A stretch of DNA of 64,000 bases from the human T2T-CHM13v2.0 reference genome, Homo sapiens, in assembly GCF_009914755.1 (NCBI RefSeq), contig NC_060932.1; one strand, written 5' to 3'. Position 1 is the first letter of the stretch; each line of letters opens with the position of its first letter. The translations under genes were made by a program, and so were the position numbers. Shown here piece by piece: positions 1 through 13,035 of the stretch. The notes beneath the pieces are model-generated. The model saw only the letters and a list, made by a program, of their open reading frames with translations, did no database searches and was not told the origin of the DNA.

Positions 1-503
1 CTCTAAACCTCAGGCAATTTGCTGTGGCTGCCAAGGCCTCCACAGAAAGCATTTTTCAATTGGTATATTTATACTTTCTTTACTTAGTATTGATTCTAAA
101 TAAGGATAAAACCCATCCTTGATGGGAAGCCTATGAGTAAGAACAGATGAATTAAAGTTTGTTTTATCTTCCCACTTTCCTTTTGCTGTAGCCAAAAAAA
201 GCCTTCTCTTCAGGGGCAAATGGGATGTATTCTAGAGGCAGTAGTCACTGCTTTCACAACAACTAAATGATAAAATGGTTGGAGAGAGTCTAGGGCAACA
301 GGAGCATTGGGTTTAGGTGCAGGTTCAAGGCTTCCTAAACATTTCATCTATAAAACTGGGTAAAATAGGCCATCTTGAAGGTCTGCAGGTCTCTGAACAT
401 CACCGCCCCAAGCTCTATATTGATGCCTAGGCTTGCCATTTTTTTTAACTCTATATTCCTCTTAAGACACCTGCTTTTGAGCCACTAATAAAGTACTCTA
501 GCA

Positions 504-508
504 CTCTC

Positions 509-539
<31 letters not shown>

Positions 540-630
540 CTTCCCTCCCTCCTTCTCTCTGTGTCTCTCCATTTCTCTCTCTCCATCTCTCTCTCCCTCT
601 TTTTCTCCTTTTCCCTCTCCCTCTCTCTTT
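504..630. repeat. (CT)n microsatellite grading into CT-rich low-complexity tract
   Basis: ctctcctctctctctc... polypyrimidine run; accounts for ORF 451..642. Confidence 0.9.
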
Positions 631-1324
631 TGGATCTTGCAACAGACTGACTTTACCTAAATATTTGCTGATTGGCTATTCGTGGAACTAATAATGATCT
701 CTGGGCAATTTGCCATATGGGAGAAATTGGGTGGAGAGAATGAATGGCCAAGATATGATTGTTCAGACATCAGCTGCTCACGGCTGTATGTGTGTGCGTC
801 TATGTGCTATAGACAAATATTAAGTCAGACCTGCTCAAACAGGAAGTGTGATAGTTTTTTAAAATTATGGTAGAGCTCAAGTTGATCTTTGCTTCAGTTA
901 TGCAACCAGGTTTGTAAAGATACAGGGAAATTTTGTCCATGCTTTAAAAGATTTAACCATCTTTTCTAACACTGGAGATTGACTTCCACATGAACATGAT
1001 TTGCCCCTATTTGCAGCCTGTTCTCTATATCTCACCACACAGCTACTCTCCCCTGCAAGTTGACATTGCCGAATTTTTGCTGATATTTTTTTCATTCCTG
1101 ATGCCCCCATTTTTTTCTACTCCTCCCTTCCCTCTATAAGTCCATGTATTGTATATGGTTCATTTTAAATGCCCTGAAGAAAACCTTCCCAAATCCTCTA
1201 GCATTCAAATCCAACATTTTCCCTCCCTGAGTTCCGTAATAATTTACTTGTACATCTAATCCAGTGCTTATTCCATTCTACCTGACATTATGGTGAGACG
1301 TTGAAAGAGGAATAGTGAGAGAAT

Positions 1325-1550
1325 AGAAAGAAAACAGGCTTTGGAATTGCAGAGTGGGGTTTGGCTCTTGAAAATTCTAGCTGAAAAATGTTGGGCAAGT
1401 CTTTGAATATTTTTGAGTCTCAGTTTTCTTCTCTCTAAAATGGGCATACTAATCACTTTGCTGGTTTTTGTCAAGGTAAAAGAGATAACATATGTGAAGA
1501 GCCTAACACAATGCCTATTCTGTGGTGAGTAATAAATATAAGCTACTATC
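1325..1550 (+). mobile_element. MIR SINE
   Basis: Core-like ttgggcaagtctttgaat...tgagtctcagttttcttctctctaaaatggg and MIR 3' part (atatgtgaagagcctaacacaatgcct). Confidence 0.8.
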
Positions 1551-1934
1551 AATAAGAATTATATATGAATTTTATCCTTTTGTAACTTTCTTAGTGATTT
1601 GAAATGCCTAGAAAACTGTATCTGCTTCAAAATTGTTTGTTGAATAAAGAAACAATTCTCTTGACCTAGTTTAAATTCCTATTATCCATATATAGCTGCC
1701 TCAAATATTTCATATCATGGTACTAAATGATAAAAACAGAAGTGTTTGATATGTTAACCAGAGGTGTGATGATATGATGATACAATTGTTCTAGGCCATG
1801 TAATTTATACGTCAATGTAGCAGCTCTATAGGACAATACTTGAGATTTACCTGTTAAACTGTATTTGTCTTGAGAGTATTCCGTTCAGTGGCACTGTACT
1901 TGGAAGGCAGCAATGATCAGTGTTAGCAGTTGAT

Positions 1935-2180
1935 ATTGATAATTATTGAGTGCTAATACATGCCAAGCCCTGTGCATGGGGTTTTAGATGGACGATTTAA
2001 TTCAAGCAAAACTGATAATAAACTTATACGGTAGACAGTATGATCATCTTCATTTTTCAAAAATAAAAATGAAGACCAGAGAGATGGGATAACTAGTTCA
2101 AGGTTATAGATGTATAAGTAACAGATGCTGTGATCAAACCCCTGTAGTCTGACTCACCAAATCTACTGTTGCCACTATGC
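1935..2180 (-). mobile_element. MIR SINE
   Basis: attattgagtgctaatacatgccaagc...catttttcaaaaataaaaatgaagaccagagag...aaacccctgtagtctgactc, antisense MIR layout. Confidence 0.7.
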
Positions 2181-3647
2181 CAGGTGAGATTTTGTCCTTA
2201 GGGAGTTTACACTCTAATTTAATAAAGCCAATCAAGGTAGTGCAATACATGTTCTATTTTAGAGAACTCTTAGGCTATTCAGGGGTCATAGGAGGTGCCA
2301 TCTGAAAAGCAGCTGATTTGGTAGGCTTTCTTTTCTTTTCTTCCAATGACTTCCTCAGTTATACTTGAAAGTTTCTTGGCTAGTCATTGGTGGGTTTTCC
2401 CCTCACTTTCTCATAGAGCTGCTATGATTCATTTAGCAGAAGCTTCAACTGAGAGGGAAAGTAGCAGCCTCTGGTCACGTTTACTCATGTGGCCACCCAA
2501 AGAAATCAAACATTTGATTGTATTTGGAACAGTGCTGCTGCTGGCCTCTGATGAGGAAGTAGATAACCCCTCTGCCATCTCTAATTGATTGCAAACAGAG
2601 CAGCAGCTATTCTTATGATGCCTTCTGCATACACTTTCTTTCAAGAGTGGTTCTGGAGGACCCAAAGAAAAAAGATAGAATTAGTAAAGCAGTAGCCGGC
2701 TGGCCAGACTTATTCAGATCCTGCATGTACAACAGCATTTCTCTAATGTCACTTAAAGAGGTCATTAGGATCCCCAAAAGAAATAACAATAAAATAGTGG
2801 TCTTTCACCTGCCTGATATAGATCTTGACATTGCCCCACTATGGTGACCCATATTAGATTCTTAGCAGATAAAATTTTCCCTGAATTAACGATTTCTGTT
2901 ACATTGATGTATTAGTACCTTGTCTTAGGGGCTACTTCCCTGATTAATGAATACATTCACTCCTGATTTCCACTTGGGAGAAAGAGAGTGGAGGATTCTG
3001 ATACAGAGGTTTGAGGGAAGGGGTCCGAAGCAGGGGATGGAGAGAAACTAAGGCATGCTAGAAGGCACTGATAACCAAGGGGAAGAGCATCCTTTACAGG
3101 TGGAACAAAGGATCCCACAATGAGTTGGGAAATAACATGACAATTTCTCTTTTACTTTAGGCTGGTTCAATTGACTTGCTTATGAATATTACTACCATTC
3201 ATTCTTTCATCCTTTATTAACCATTCTTTTCCAGGCATAGTACAAGGCAAATGACCAAATGAAAACAAAAAGAAAGGAAATTTGGTCCCTCCTTTAAGTT
3301 CACAATCTAGCAACTCACACATGGGTACACAATTAACTACAGAGGGCCTGTTTTAGAAGGGCAGTGTCTATACAGTGGCATGAGCCATGGAACTTGTGTC
3401 CTTTTTATCTGGGTCCTGAGAAAGTGAGATGGAAGATGGCGGCACAGGAATAGCTGGGACTCAGGACAGAACTTCCCCAGTTCACCCCCTTGCTGCTAGA
3501 GTTGCCTTCCATGTGGCTTACTTACCCAGAGACTGGGGAAACCTGCAAGTGATACACTGGCCTTGTGGGAATTGGTGTAACCTGTTTTGCTGAATAAGTC
3601 TGGCCAACATGGGTGTGCAGATATATAGTGAGAATGCTAGCAATTAG

Positions 3648-3900
3648 AGCTAACTTACTTTTTGCCCTTTGTATGTGCCAGACACCATATGATCCCATTT
3701 AACGATCATGGAAACCCTGTAGTAAGTACTTCTATTATTCCAGTTTCACAGATGAGAAAACTGATGCTGAGGGAAGTCAAGTAATATGCGGAAGGACACA
3801 CCAATGGCAGAGCTGGAATTTCGTTCGTAATAATTAAGGCTTAGGATGTTAAACTAAGTAATCCAACTTCCTTAGCATCCTAACCCTTAATCATTATGCT
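3648..3900 (-). mobile_element. MIR SINE carrying an inverted duplication near its end
   Basis: tttcacagatgagaaaactgatgctgagggaagtcaagtaat...ggcagagctggaattt; ends cttaatcattatgct. Confidence 0.75.
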
Positions 3901-5228
3901 CCTGGGTACCCAGTACTTCATAACACAAGTGAGTGGAGCTCCTTTTTGCAAGTAGTTCTGAGAGACTCATACAGAAGGGTCTGCAGGAATGCTAACTGCA
4001 GAAAAGAAAGTGGAAGTATGTATTATCTGGGGTTACATATGGTTCTCTGGTTTTGGGGGAGAGGAGCAGAATTAAAGCAAAACAGACCTCAGTGACATTA
4101 AGTAGTGGTTGGGAGCAGGTGTGTGATTAGAAAGACTGGGGATGGTGTGCTTCTCAGTGATTCAAGAAACTGAGTTTTGTATCCTACTGATAATCTCATT
4201 TTGAAGAAGGGAAAGAGTGATACACTCTAAGATTCTTTTACTCTCTGTTCAGCTGCAAAGGCATCATTCTCATTATTTTAATGTTCAAATCCAACATTAG
4301 TATTAATTTAATAAGAAATGAATAGTCTTTTTTTCAACGGATAAGTTAAAACAAATATTTTTGTTTTGTCTCTGAGAAACTATAATGAAATAAAACTAGC
4401 CTTCTAAATGCAGATTGCACTGTATAAGTAAGTGGATAAATATGGCTATAGAAATTAGAACTTCACAAACCTTTAACAAACAGTAGCGAAAAGGACACTC
4501 TAGTCATTTATTGGTAAGAATATAATTCTGACCATGGCCCAAAGAGCAATGTTTCCTTGATGATAGCTTTACCCTCATGTTTTAGTAAATAAGTGACTTG
4601 ATATACTACTCTGTAAGAGTGAGTTTTCAGTTGAAGATCATATTCATTTTGTTTCTTAACATCAATACTAAAAGGCACTGATGTAAAACCTCTATTTTAA
4701 GTTTTCTAAAGTATTGCCTTGATTTTAGATTTTAAAAAAAGAAGACAAATTAGGGCACAAAACAGATGACTGACTCTGTTCTGTGCACAAGGTTTGGGTG
4801 TTTCTTCAAAATGAGGGAGTGTCTTTGAAAAAATATGGTCCTTTTCCACGCTGTGTCTCCTCCAGCATGGTTAGTGAATTGAGTTGAAGAGAATCCACTC
4901 AAGCCAGGTTTCTCCAGCATATTTTTTTTGCCCTCTTTTAAACCTTCTATTTATCCTGTCAATCATTTTATACATTTGAAGTAGTTGGCATATGTTACAC
5001 AGGTAACTACATTATATAGGGAGGAAGAGTTATATGTATGCAGAAACCAATCTGGGAAGTTATAAAGATTAGCAATGCATTTCCTGGATATAAGATTAAT
5101 ATAAAATATCAGATTATAGAAGATACACAGCCATAAATATTATGTTTAAGCGCTTGGTAGATAGTATTCTACCAAGTAAAGATCCAATGTACTTTACTTT
5201 TAAAAACATTTTATTATAAAATTAATAC

Positions 5229-5548
5229 AGCCGGGTATGGTAGCTTATGTCTGCAATCTCAGCACTATGGGAGGCTGGGGCAGGCAGATCACTGGAGGCC
5301 AGGAGTTTAAGACCAGCCTGGCCAACATGGCAAAACCCTGTCTCTACTAAAAATACAAAAATTAGTTGGGCGTGGTGGCACATGCCTGTAATCACAGCTA
5401 CTCAGGAGGCTGAGGCACAAGAATTGGTCGCTTGAACTGTGGAGGTGGAGGTTGCAGTGAGCCAAATATCATGCCACTGCACTGCAGCCTGGGTGACAGA
5501 GCAAGACTCTGTCTCAAAAATAACTAACTAAATAAATAATAAAAATAA
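5229..5548 (+). mobile_element. Alu, full length (AluS or late AluJ)
   Basis: Both monomers, linker tactaaaaatacaaaaatta, A-rich tail; TSD aaaattaatac at 5218-5228 and 5549-5559. Confidence 0.97.
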
Positions 5549-5844
5549 AAAATTAATACCTGCTGATTACAATAAATGAACAGTGCAGAACTATGTTTAC
5601 ATATAATATAAAATTTAAAAATGAAAGCTCTCCTTCTCATCCATCAACCTCTGATCCCACTCCTTTTCCAAGAGTGTGATGTGTGTCATTTTGTACTTTT
5701 TTTCTGTGCATTAACACATACCTAGATTATTTTTAAAGTAAAATGTAATAATACTACATGTGCTGTTTTGTTATTTAGCTAATATTTTTGAGACCCACCT
5801 TTTTTTTTTTGAAAAAAAATCAGCTGTGTGGTATTTATATGTGT

Positions 5845-6155
5845 TAATTATCACAGACTTGGCAGCTGAAGTCACCACACATTTATTATCTCGCAGTTGT
5901 GGGTTGGAAGTCTGAGAGGCTTGGATTTGTTCTTTGCTTAGCATCTTACAAGGCCAAAGTCAAGGTGTCCAGCACACTGGGCTCTTATCTGGAGGGCCTG
6001 GGGAAGAACCTGCTTCTCATACAGGCTGTCGGTAGAGTCTAGATCCCTTTGGTTGTAGGAGTGAGGTCCTTATTTCTTAGCTGACTTTCAGCCAGGAGCT
6101 GTTGTCAGCTTCAAGAAGCCACTTGCACTTCTGTCATGTGTGTGGCCTTCTTCAT
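5845..6155 (-). mobile_element. MLT1-type (ERVL-MaLR) LTR fragment
   Basis: atttattatctcgcagtt...acaaggccaaagtcaaggtgtc...gggctcttatctggagg...gtaggagtgaggtcc resembles antisense MLT1D/E. Confidence 0.7.
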
Positions 6156-7296
6156 ATTATATCTGTTATATACATATCCTGTGGTTTCTACTAGTGCATT
6201 ATGTTCACATTTCAATTCATAATTTATTAATCTTATTAGCATTTTGTTTCTTCTGATAATTTTTAAATCTTTTTAATATATTCAGTCTTCATTTGTGTTT
6301 AGAACAAAATACATAGCTTATTTTTTCCAAATAGATGTCACTTTTTCTAATTACATTTTGAAAGTCCCTTATTTTCCCTCCAAATTACAGTGTCACTTTC
6401 ATAACGGTAACTTTATATTTTGATTTGCTACATTATTATTTTCATGTAGTATTTCTTGGCTATTTTGGGGCAGGTACTGTTTTGGTTAACTTTAAGATTA
6501 GGAAATAAACGTCTGTTTGAAATATCTAATTGAAGTTTTGATTGAAACCACATAGTATATGTAGATCCACTAGAGTAGAGAGAATCATCTTTACAACCAA
6601 GGATGTTTGCTCAAACAAATCTCCCAGTATATAATGTTATCAAGAACTGGTACCTTTAAAATGTTTGGTTGCTTAACACGTTCCCAAAGTTAACACTGAA
6701 GAAAAATACTCCTCTTCCCTATCTTAATGAAAGTCAAGTCCAAAGCCTGCCCCATTTCATCCACAAAATGAACCTGTGAGACCAAGATGTCTTGCTGGTT
6801 AAATTCTGGGCATAGCATTAAGGAAGCCTTGCTGTCTGGCTCTAGATTTAGTGGAAGTGGCCTGGAGAGGTGATTCACAATGGGATACCTGCACAAGGTG
6901 AGAGTATTAGAAAAATTCTGGAAACCTAGAATTAGATTCATTAGATGAGATTTATCACATTTTCATTGAAGACCAATTATGTTGAACTGTATAGTTTTTC
7001 TCTGAGGCTATGCAAGCACAACACCAAGGGTGCTACCCAATTCAGTTAATTCCCATTGAGGAAAATTATCAGCAAAATTCAATAAAAAAAAAGAAACTTA
7101 CAAATATGCTGTTCGTCATTATATATACCAAATTACTAGGTAAATTAATCAACTTTTCCTTCCTTTCTTTCGTTTATTTCCTTTCTTCTAGCAATGCCTT
7201 AATTTATTTTCAAAAGACTGGAGAAACGCTCTGTATCATTGACCAAAGTGTAGTAGTTTTTACTTATTGTAGCATTGTATTTCTTAGAAATTTTAA

Positions 7297-7614
<318 letters not shown>

Positions 7615-8149
7615 AGCAGTTTATATTTCAAAACAGCTTTGGGTAAATACATTTTTGTATATCTATACAGTGCTGTATTACATAGCATTTTAAATCAAGG
7701 AGAGATTTTAGATGTCATGACATGAAAGTTTCAAAATATATTATTGAACAGAACTGAATCAATCTGTAGGACAGCATATATAATATGATTCACTTTTGTT
7801 TAAATAATTTGTTTATTATATATACACATACATATAGACATACCTAAAGAAATATGAAAAAAATAATCACTGAATCTTAAGAGTTGGGAAGTGTAAAATT
7901 TGACTTCTACCTTATACATATTTATATCATTTACAAATTTTACAATAAGCATATGTAAGTTTCATAATGAAAAACAATAAAGATTTAATTTGGGAAATAC
8001 ATTTTTAGATTATTTATTAATCGTACTTTCTATGATAAGTAATCTTTTCTGATTATCATAGATAATTGAGAGTTGACTAGCCTCAAAATTCTTAAGTTTT
8101 CTTCCATTAGAACACTATCTATACATACAACTCAGAAGAATCGTCATTA

Positions 8150-8390
8150 TCATCACCGAAATTTCCTGAACTATTACTAAATGCCAGCAACAGAACTATT
8201 ATATATGAATTGCCTCATTTAATCTTCAGAATATTCCTTTGGGCTACATATTATTCCCATTTTACAGATAAGGAAAAATAAATTCTAGAGAGATTAAGTG
8301 ACTTGCTGAAGACCCTCAGCCAATTAGCATAGTAGGAAATCAAACTTTAGTTTCTGACTCCAACCCTGGCCTGCCTCAATACCATACAGA
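8150..8390 (-). mobile_element. MIR SINE
   Basis: ctcatttaatcttcag...ttattcccattttacagataaggaaa...agagattaagtgacttgc. Confidence 0.8.
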
Positions 8391-8488
8391 AAAATATCTA
8401 TATTTAAATTAATAAACACAACCTAGAGTGACTTCAGAATTCAAGGCCACAACTTTCCCATTTTTTTTTGGTAGATTAATTTACTAGG

Positions 8489-9107
8489 GATGAAAGGAAA
8501 TTAAATCTTGGAACCCCAAACTCATTAAGCCCAAGGGAACAGTCAAGCTGGGAACTATGTCATGCAAACCTGCCACCCCCTTTTGTTTCCTAAATGAAAT
8601 GGTTACAAGACAAAAAGCTAAACGGCTCCCCCATATTTTGCCCACAAGGAAATCCCTAGTGAGCTGCAAGATCCTTAAGCTGTTTCTGCTAAAATTTCAC
8701 CATGGCAATGTAAATTGATAGCTTATTTTTACAGGAGCAGTCACCCCCCTGCCCACCAGACACAAATGCATATCTGATCGTCACCCTGCCCCATTTTGTC
8801 TATGTTATCTTATGTAAAGTGCAGAGTCCTTGCATTCTTCCTCTACCCCATTTGTCTATGTCATCTTCTGTAAAAAATGCTGATTCACTGAGCCAGACAA
8901 AGGCATGAGTGGCTATTTTGCCCTACCCACCTCTTACATGAAAATTGTGTATTTCTCAATATCCTGCTCTTTCTCCTTTAAATTTGGAGCCCTCAAAATC
9001 ATCTTTGGAGAAAGGCATAGACCTGTCTCCCTGTTGCGCCTCCTTAACTTTGGCAAACAAACCCTATAAAATGATTGAGACCTGTCTCCTCCTTTTTCTC
9101 GATTGAT
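8489..9107 (+). mobile_element. MER4-group ERV1 solo LTR
   Basis: Starts tgaaaggaaattaaatcttggaaccccaaactcattaagcccaagggaacagtcaagctgggaact; ends ccttaactttggcaaacaaacc...aaatgattgagacctgtctc. Confidence 0.8.
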
Positions 9108-9575
9108 GTCAGGCTGCCAAACCAAATTATGGGGACTCAGAGAGAGAACCATTCACTTCAGCCAGGAAAAAGAGTATCCCATAAATGTGGTCACAATCTA
9201 ATGCGCAATATCTATTTACAAAATGAATAAGTTGTAGTAAGAAATGTTACTCCGGGATTAGAATTTTTACATGCTGAAAGAACTAGCTTTATAATTCATT
9301 TCTTAAGATATGCTGAGTCCATGGCCAAATAGCAAAAACAACCTGTTTTGCAAAGTAAATATTTTGGCAGAAGGACATTGTGTTTCGTGTTTTGGAACTG
9401 AAAAGGTCTAGAATATGGACTGAAGCGGGACTTCAGCTGGCATGCATCAATTGTTACACTTCCTCTGAAATGCAAATACAGAGGGAAACAAACATGAGTG
9501 TCCTCAAAGAATAAAGAGATTCTCAACTTTGTTTTCTTCAGCTGGACTCCGTGTCCTTCTCAATTGACTGACTGA

Positions 9576-9577
<2 letters not shown>

Positions 9578-9623
<46 letters not shown>
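9578..9623. repeat. (GT)23 microsatellite
   Basis: Perfect dinucleotide run. Confidence 0.98.
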
Positions 9624-9627
<4 letters not shown>

Positions 9628-9726
9628 CTTTGCCATTCATTACTGATGTTCTTCTTAGGGAATTTACTTGTTTTCAAACAGCCTTGGAGACATTCTCTAA
9701 TTTAGTTTAAAAAATAAGACAAAACT

Positions 9727-10065
<339 letters not shown>

Positions 10066-11524
10066 TTAATACTGAATAAAATTCGAGTGTGACCCAAGGA
10101 AAAGAGAAGTAGGAGGTAGGTGACTTTGAGCTCTTACTTTCTCCTTTCTTCCTCCCTTTGAGCTTTACTTCCTCTATCCACAATGCTTTTTCGGGTACCA
10201 GCTGGAGCGAGAAAGCTAAGATAAAATCTCTGGACAATAAAGAGAAGGTTTGCCAGAATTCGCTTCATCACATTTTTTTTTATATTAACACAGGTCACTT
10301 ATTTACATTTAATTGGAAATCAACTGCACTAGAGGACACATGGCCAACGTATATGAATCTCCTTCAGAAGGAAGAGTTTTGAAATCTAAAGAAAACTAGA
10401 TAATGGTCCTCAACTGCTTACCAAGAAATTCAGCAGGCTAACCTCCTAGTTCCTGTCCTTTGGAAAAATGGCTTATAGTTTTAAATATTTGCATAGCATA
10501 GGCCTGATTTGGGGCATTAATATCTTTGTAAAACTTCATCAAATTTCATCTATTTTCACAGAAACTGCAAATTTAAATCAACTTCCAGTGGGATTTGATA
10601 ACTTAAAGACTGAGAACATCTTCTGGGTTTTGATGTGGATGTGTGGCTCTCTAAGGGCCACCTCCCAGAATGCTGCTTGAAGGCTCTCTATTCAGGTTGA
10701 AGCTATTTACCACATGACCAAAGTGGAGTTCTTTCCCAGAGATACTCATGATGGTAGGAAGAACCCAGGCCAACTGCAGCAAGCAGGCTAAGCAAAACTA
10801 AAGCTTGGCTAACTTCAGTAATATTTTAAATGAACAAAAGGAGTTAGCTGTCCAGCTATTGCTTCTTGATTCAGAGATGGAGACTCTCTTCACCTTACCC
10901 AAATACTGACGTATCAAAGAACTGGATGGATTAATTTCAAAATGCAAAGGGCCCTTATAAAAGGATGTGAGGATGGACTGAGGGATCTGAAGGACACTGT
11001 CTCTTCTGTTCTCTTTGTGTGCACACTTAGGCTCTTGAGCCCCATGAAGTCTCCTCAAAATAGGATAAATCATTAATTAAAATGTTTAATGAGGAGAAAA
11101 AGAACATAGAGAGAAAAAAGGAACAAACTCTCTGATTGAGGGTGTATGTGAGGTTGCCTATTAACTCTAAGATAGTTTGGGTTCATGAAAGCTAGAGATA
11201 TGTATGGGATATTTCATTAGCAGTGCCATTGGCATTTAACTTGAAGATTTAGAAAATAATATGTATTGATTGAAAGAAGCTAACTCTTTGAATTTATACT
11301 ATTTGTTCATTAAAAGAACACTCAGGAATTCACTGCACCCAACTATGTGAACAAGTTTGGCTTTGATATCATAAATTAAAAGTATAAATACCTGTCCAGG
11401 TAGCTTTATAACAAGATAATTGACAAAATTATGTTGGCTTTATTATTATGCCAGGATAGTCTTTGTCTCTAACCCACCTGTTACCTGCAGAATTGTATCC
11501 ATTAGAAAGATAGGTTTGACCAAG

Positions 11525-11670
11525 AGGAGCTAGCTTAGAAGGTCTAAATTCTAATCTTGACTCTGTTATTAACTTGTTAAGTGATCTTAGGAAAATCATT
11601 TAAATTTGGGTTTCTTTAATTCTTCACTGGTAAAATGGAGTAATACTACTCAACCTACCAATCTCATAGA
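11525..11670 (+). mobile_element. MIR fragment
   Basis: ttctaatcttgactctgttattaacttg...gtgatcttaggaaaatcattt...gtaaaatggagtaatact. Confidence 0.65.
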
Positions 11671-12874
11671 ATTCCCTTCTAAAAAAAATGTGAAAATAGT
11701 ATTCTTTAAATCCTTCCAAATATTTTTAAAAACCTGCCTCCAGATTCAAGGAGTATTACCTTAGTGGGGTTTTCTGGATTTGCTTTTCAGTATGCCAATA
11801 TGTCAGAGGGTTGCTCAGTTCAACTAATATTAATCCATCATTTATGATGTATAGGTCACTGGGTCAGATTCTAGGCTAGTATAAAGGCTTAAAAAGAAGA
11901 TTATTCTGTCTTTTACGGAGTCAGTTGGCTTGTTGTCATTGAAATGCCTTACACTGAAATGCAGAAGAGGTATCTCCATTTACTAATAAGTATCAGGTTT
12001 CAATATATTCCAACCCCATGGCTGAAGAAACCGCAAGACATTCATTGCTTTGCTTATTTTGCAAAATATTTATCATCAGTTATGTGCCAGTTATCATGCT
12101 AGGCACTGGAGACATGAATATGGATTTATCCAACAATGGATCAGAAGAGGACTTAATAAAATAATTCAATCCAATACAAACAGGTATTTTTAAAAACATC
12201 TTATTTTCCAACTCTGTCTTTGGCCCCATATACCAAAAATGTCTTGGCCTTTCCAAAGTCACCAAAGCCTTTTGCTATTCCTTCCATTCTACTTAATGAT
12301 TTCTAGATATTTAGGCAGGGCAATGTCCATCCAAAAACAATAATACGAAAAGTCATTCTATTTAGATATTTGATTTACACACACCCAGCATCACTTAGAA
12401 TAACTAAAGTAGGTTTGGACTGTGTATGGATAGAATCATATGTGACTTTTAATTCTTCCACTTGTTCAGGGTCAAAGAAAATCAGGCATAATAATAAGAG
12501 TGGGGGAAGGAGATTATTTTCATTCCCTATGTCAAAACAGGTATTTATTTTAGATTTGCTGCCTCATTTCCTTTTGAAAAAGCAAAGTAATATTAGTATT
12601 TATTTCTTGAAGACCCTAAACTCATTGGCCATAATTTGCCATGGTTATTGACTTAGACATCTGCATTTCCAAAAAAAAAAAATTGTCTAAATGGGGACAA
12701 ACTCTATTAAATAATGCCTCAAAGTCTACTCTTCCCTTCATAGTTTGACGAAGCACACTGTGTTAGACACATTTCTTCTGTTGCAATTTCAGTCCCTCTG
12801 CATACCCATTAATATGCTAAAAGCTTGGTTTTTGAAATTTGGTAAGTGTCCTAATCTTAGCACTTGTCAGTGCT

Positions 12875-13035
12875 AGCTGATAACTCTGACTTTTGACTGG
12901 TACCTCTCGGAGCCTTGGCATCATCTCCAGTTTACAAAGGAATAACCTATCAACCTCGAAGAGTTGGTGTAGCACTATGTGTTACTATACATAAAATACC
13001 TGATCCTAATTTATTGTAGATACCTACTCAGTACA
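12875..13035 (+). mobile_element. MIR fragment (degraded)
   Basis: tacctctcggagccttggcatcatctccagtttacaaaggaataa...atacataaaatacctg. Confidence 0.45.

Noticed and set aside
2346-2847. Overlapping 66-80 aa ORFs in unique sequence
   Set aside because: No recognisable protein similarity and no convincing splice-site pair. It could be non-coding conserved sequence, but that cannot be judged from this window alone.
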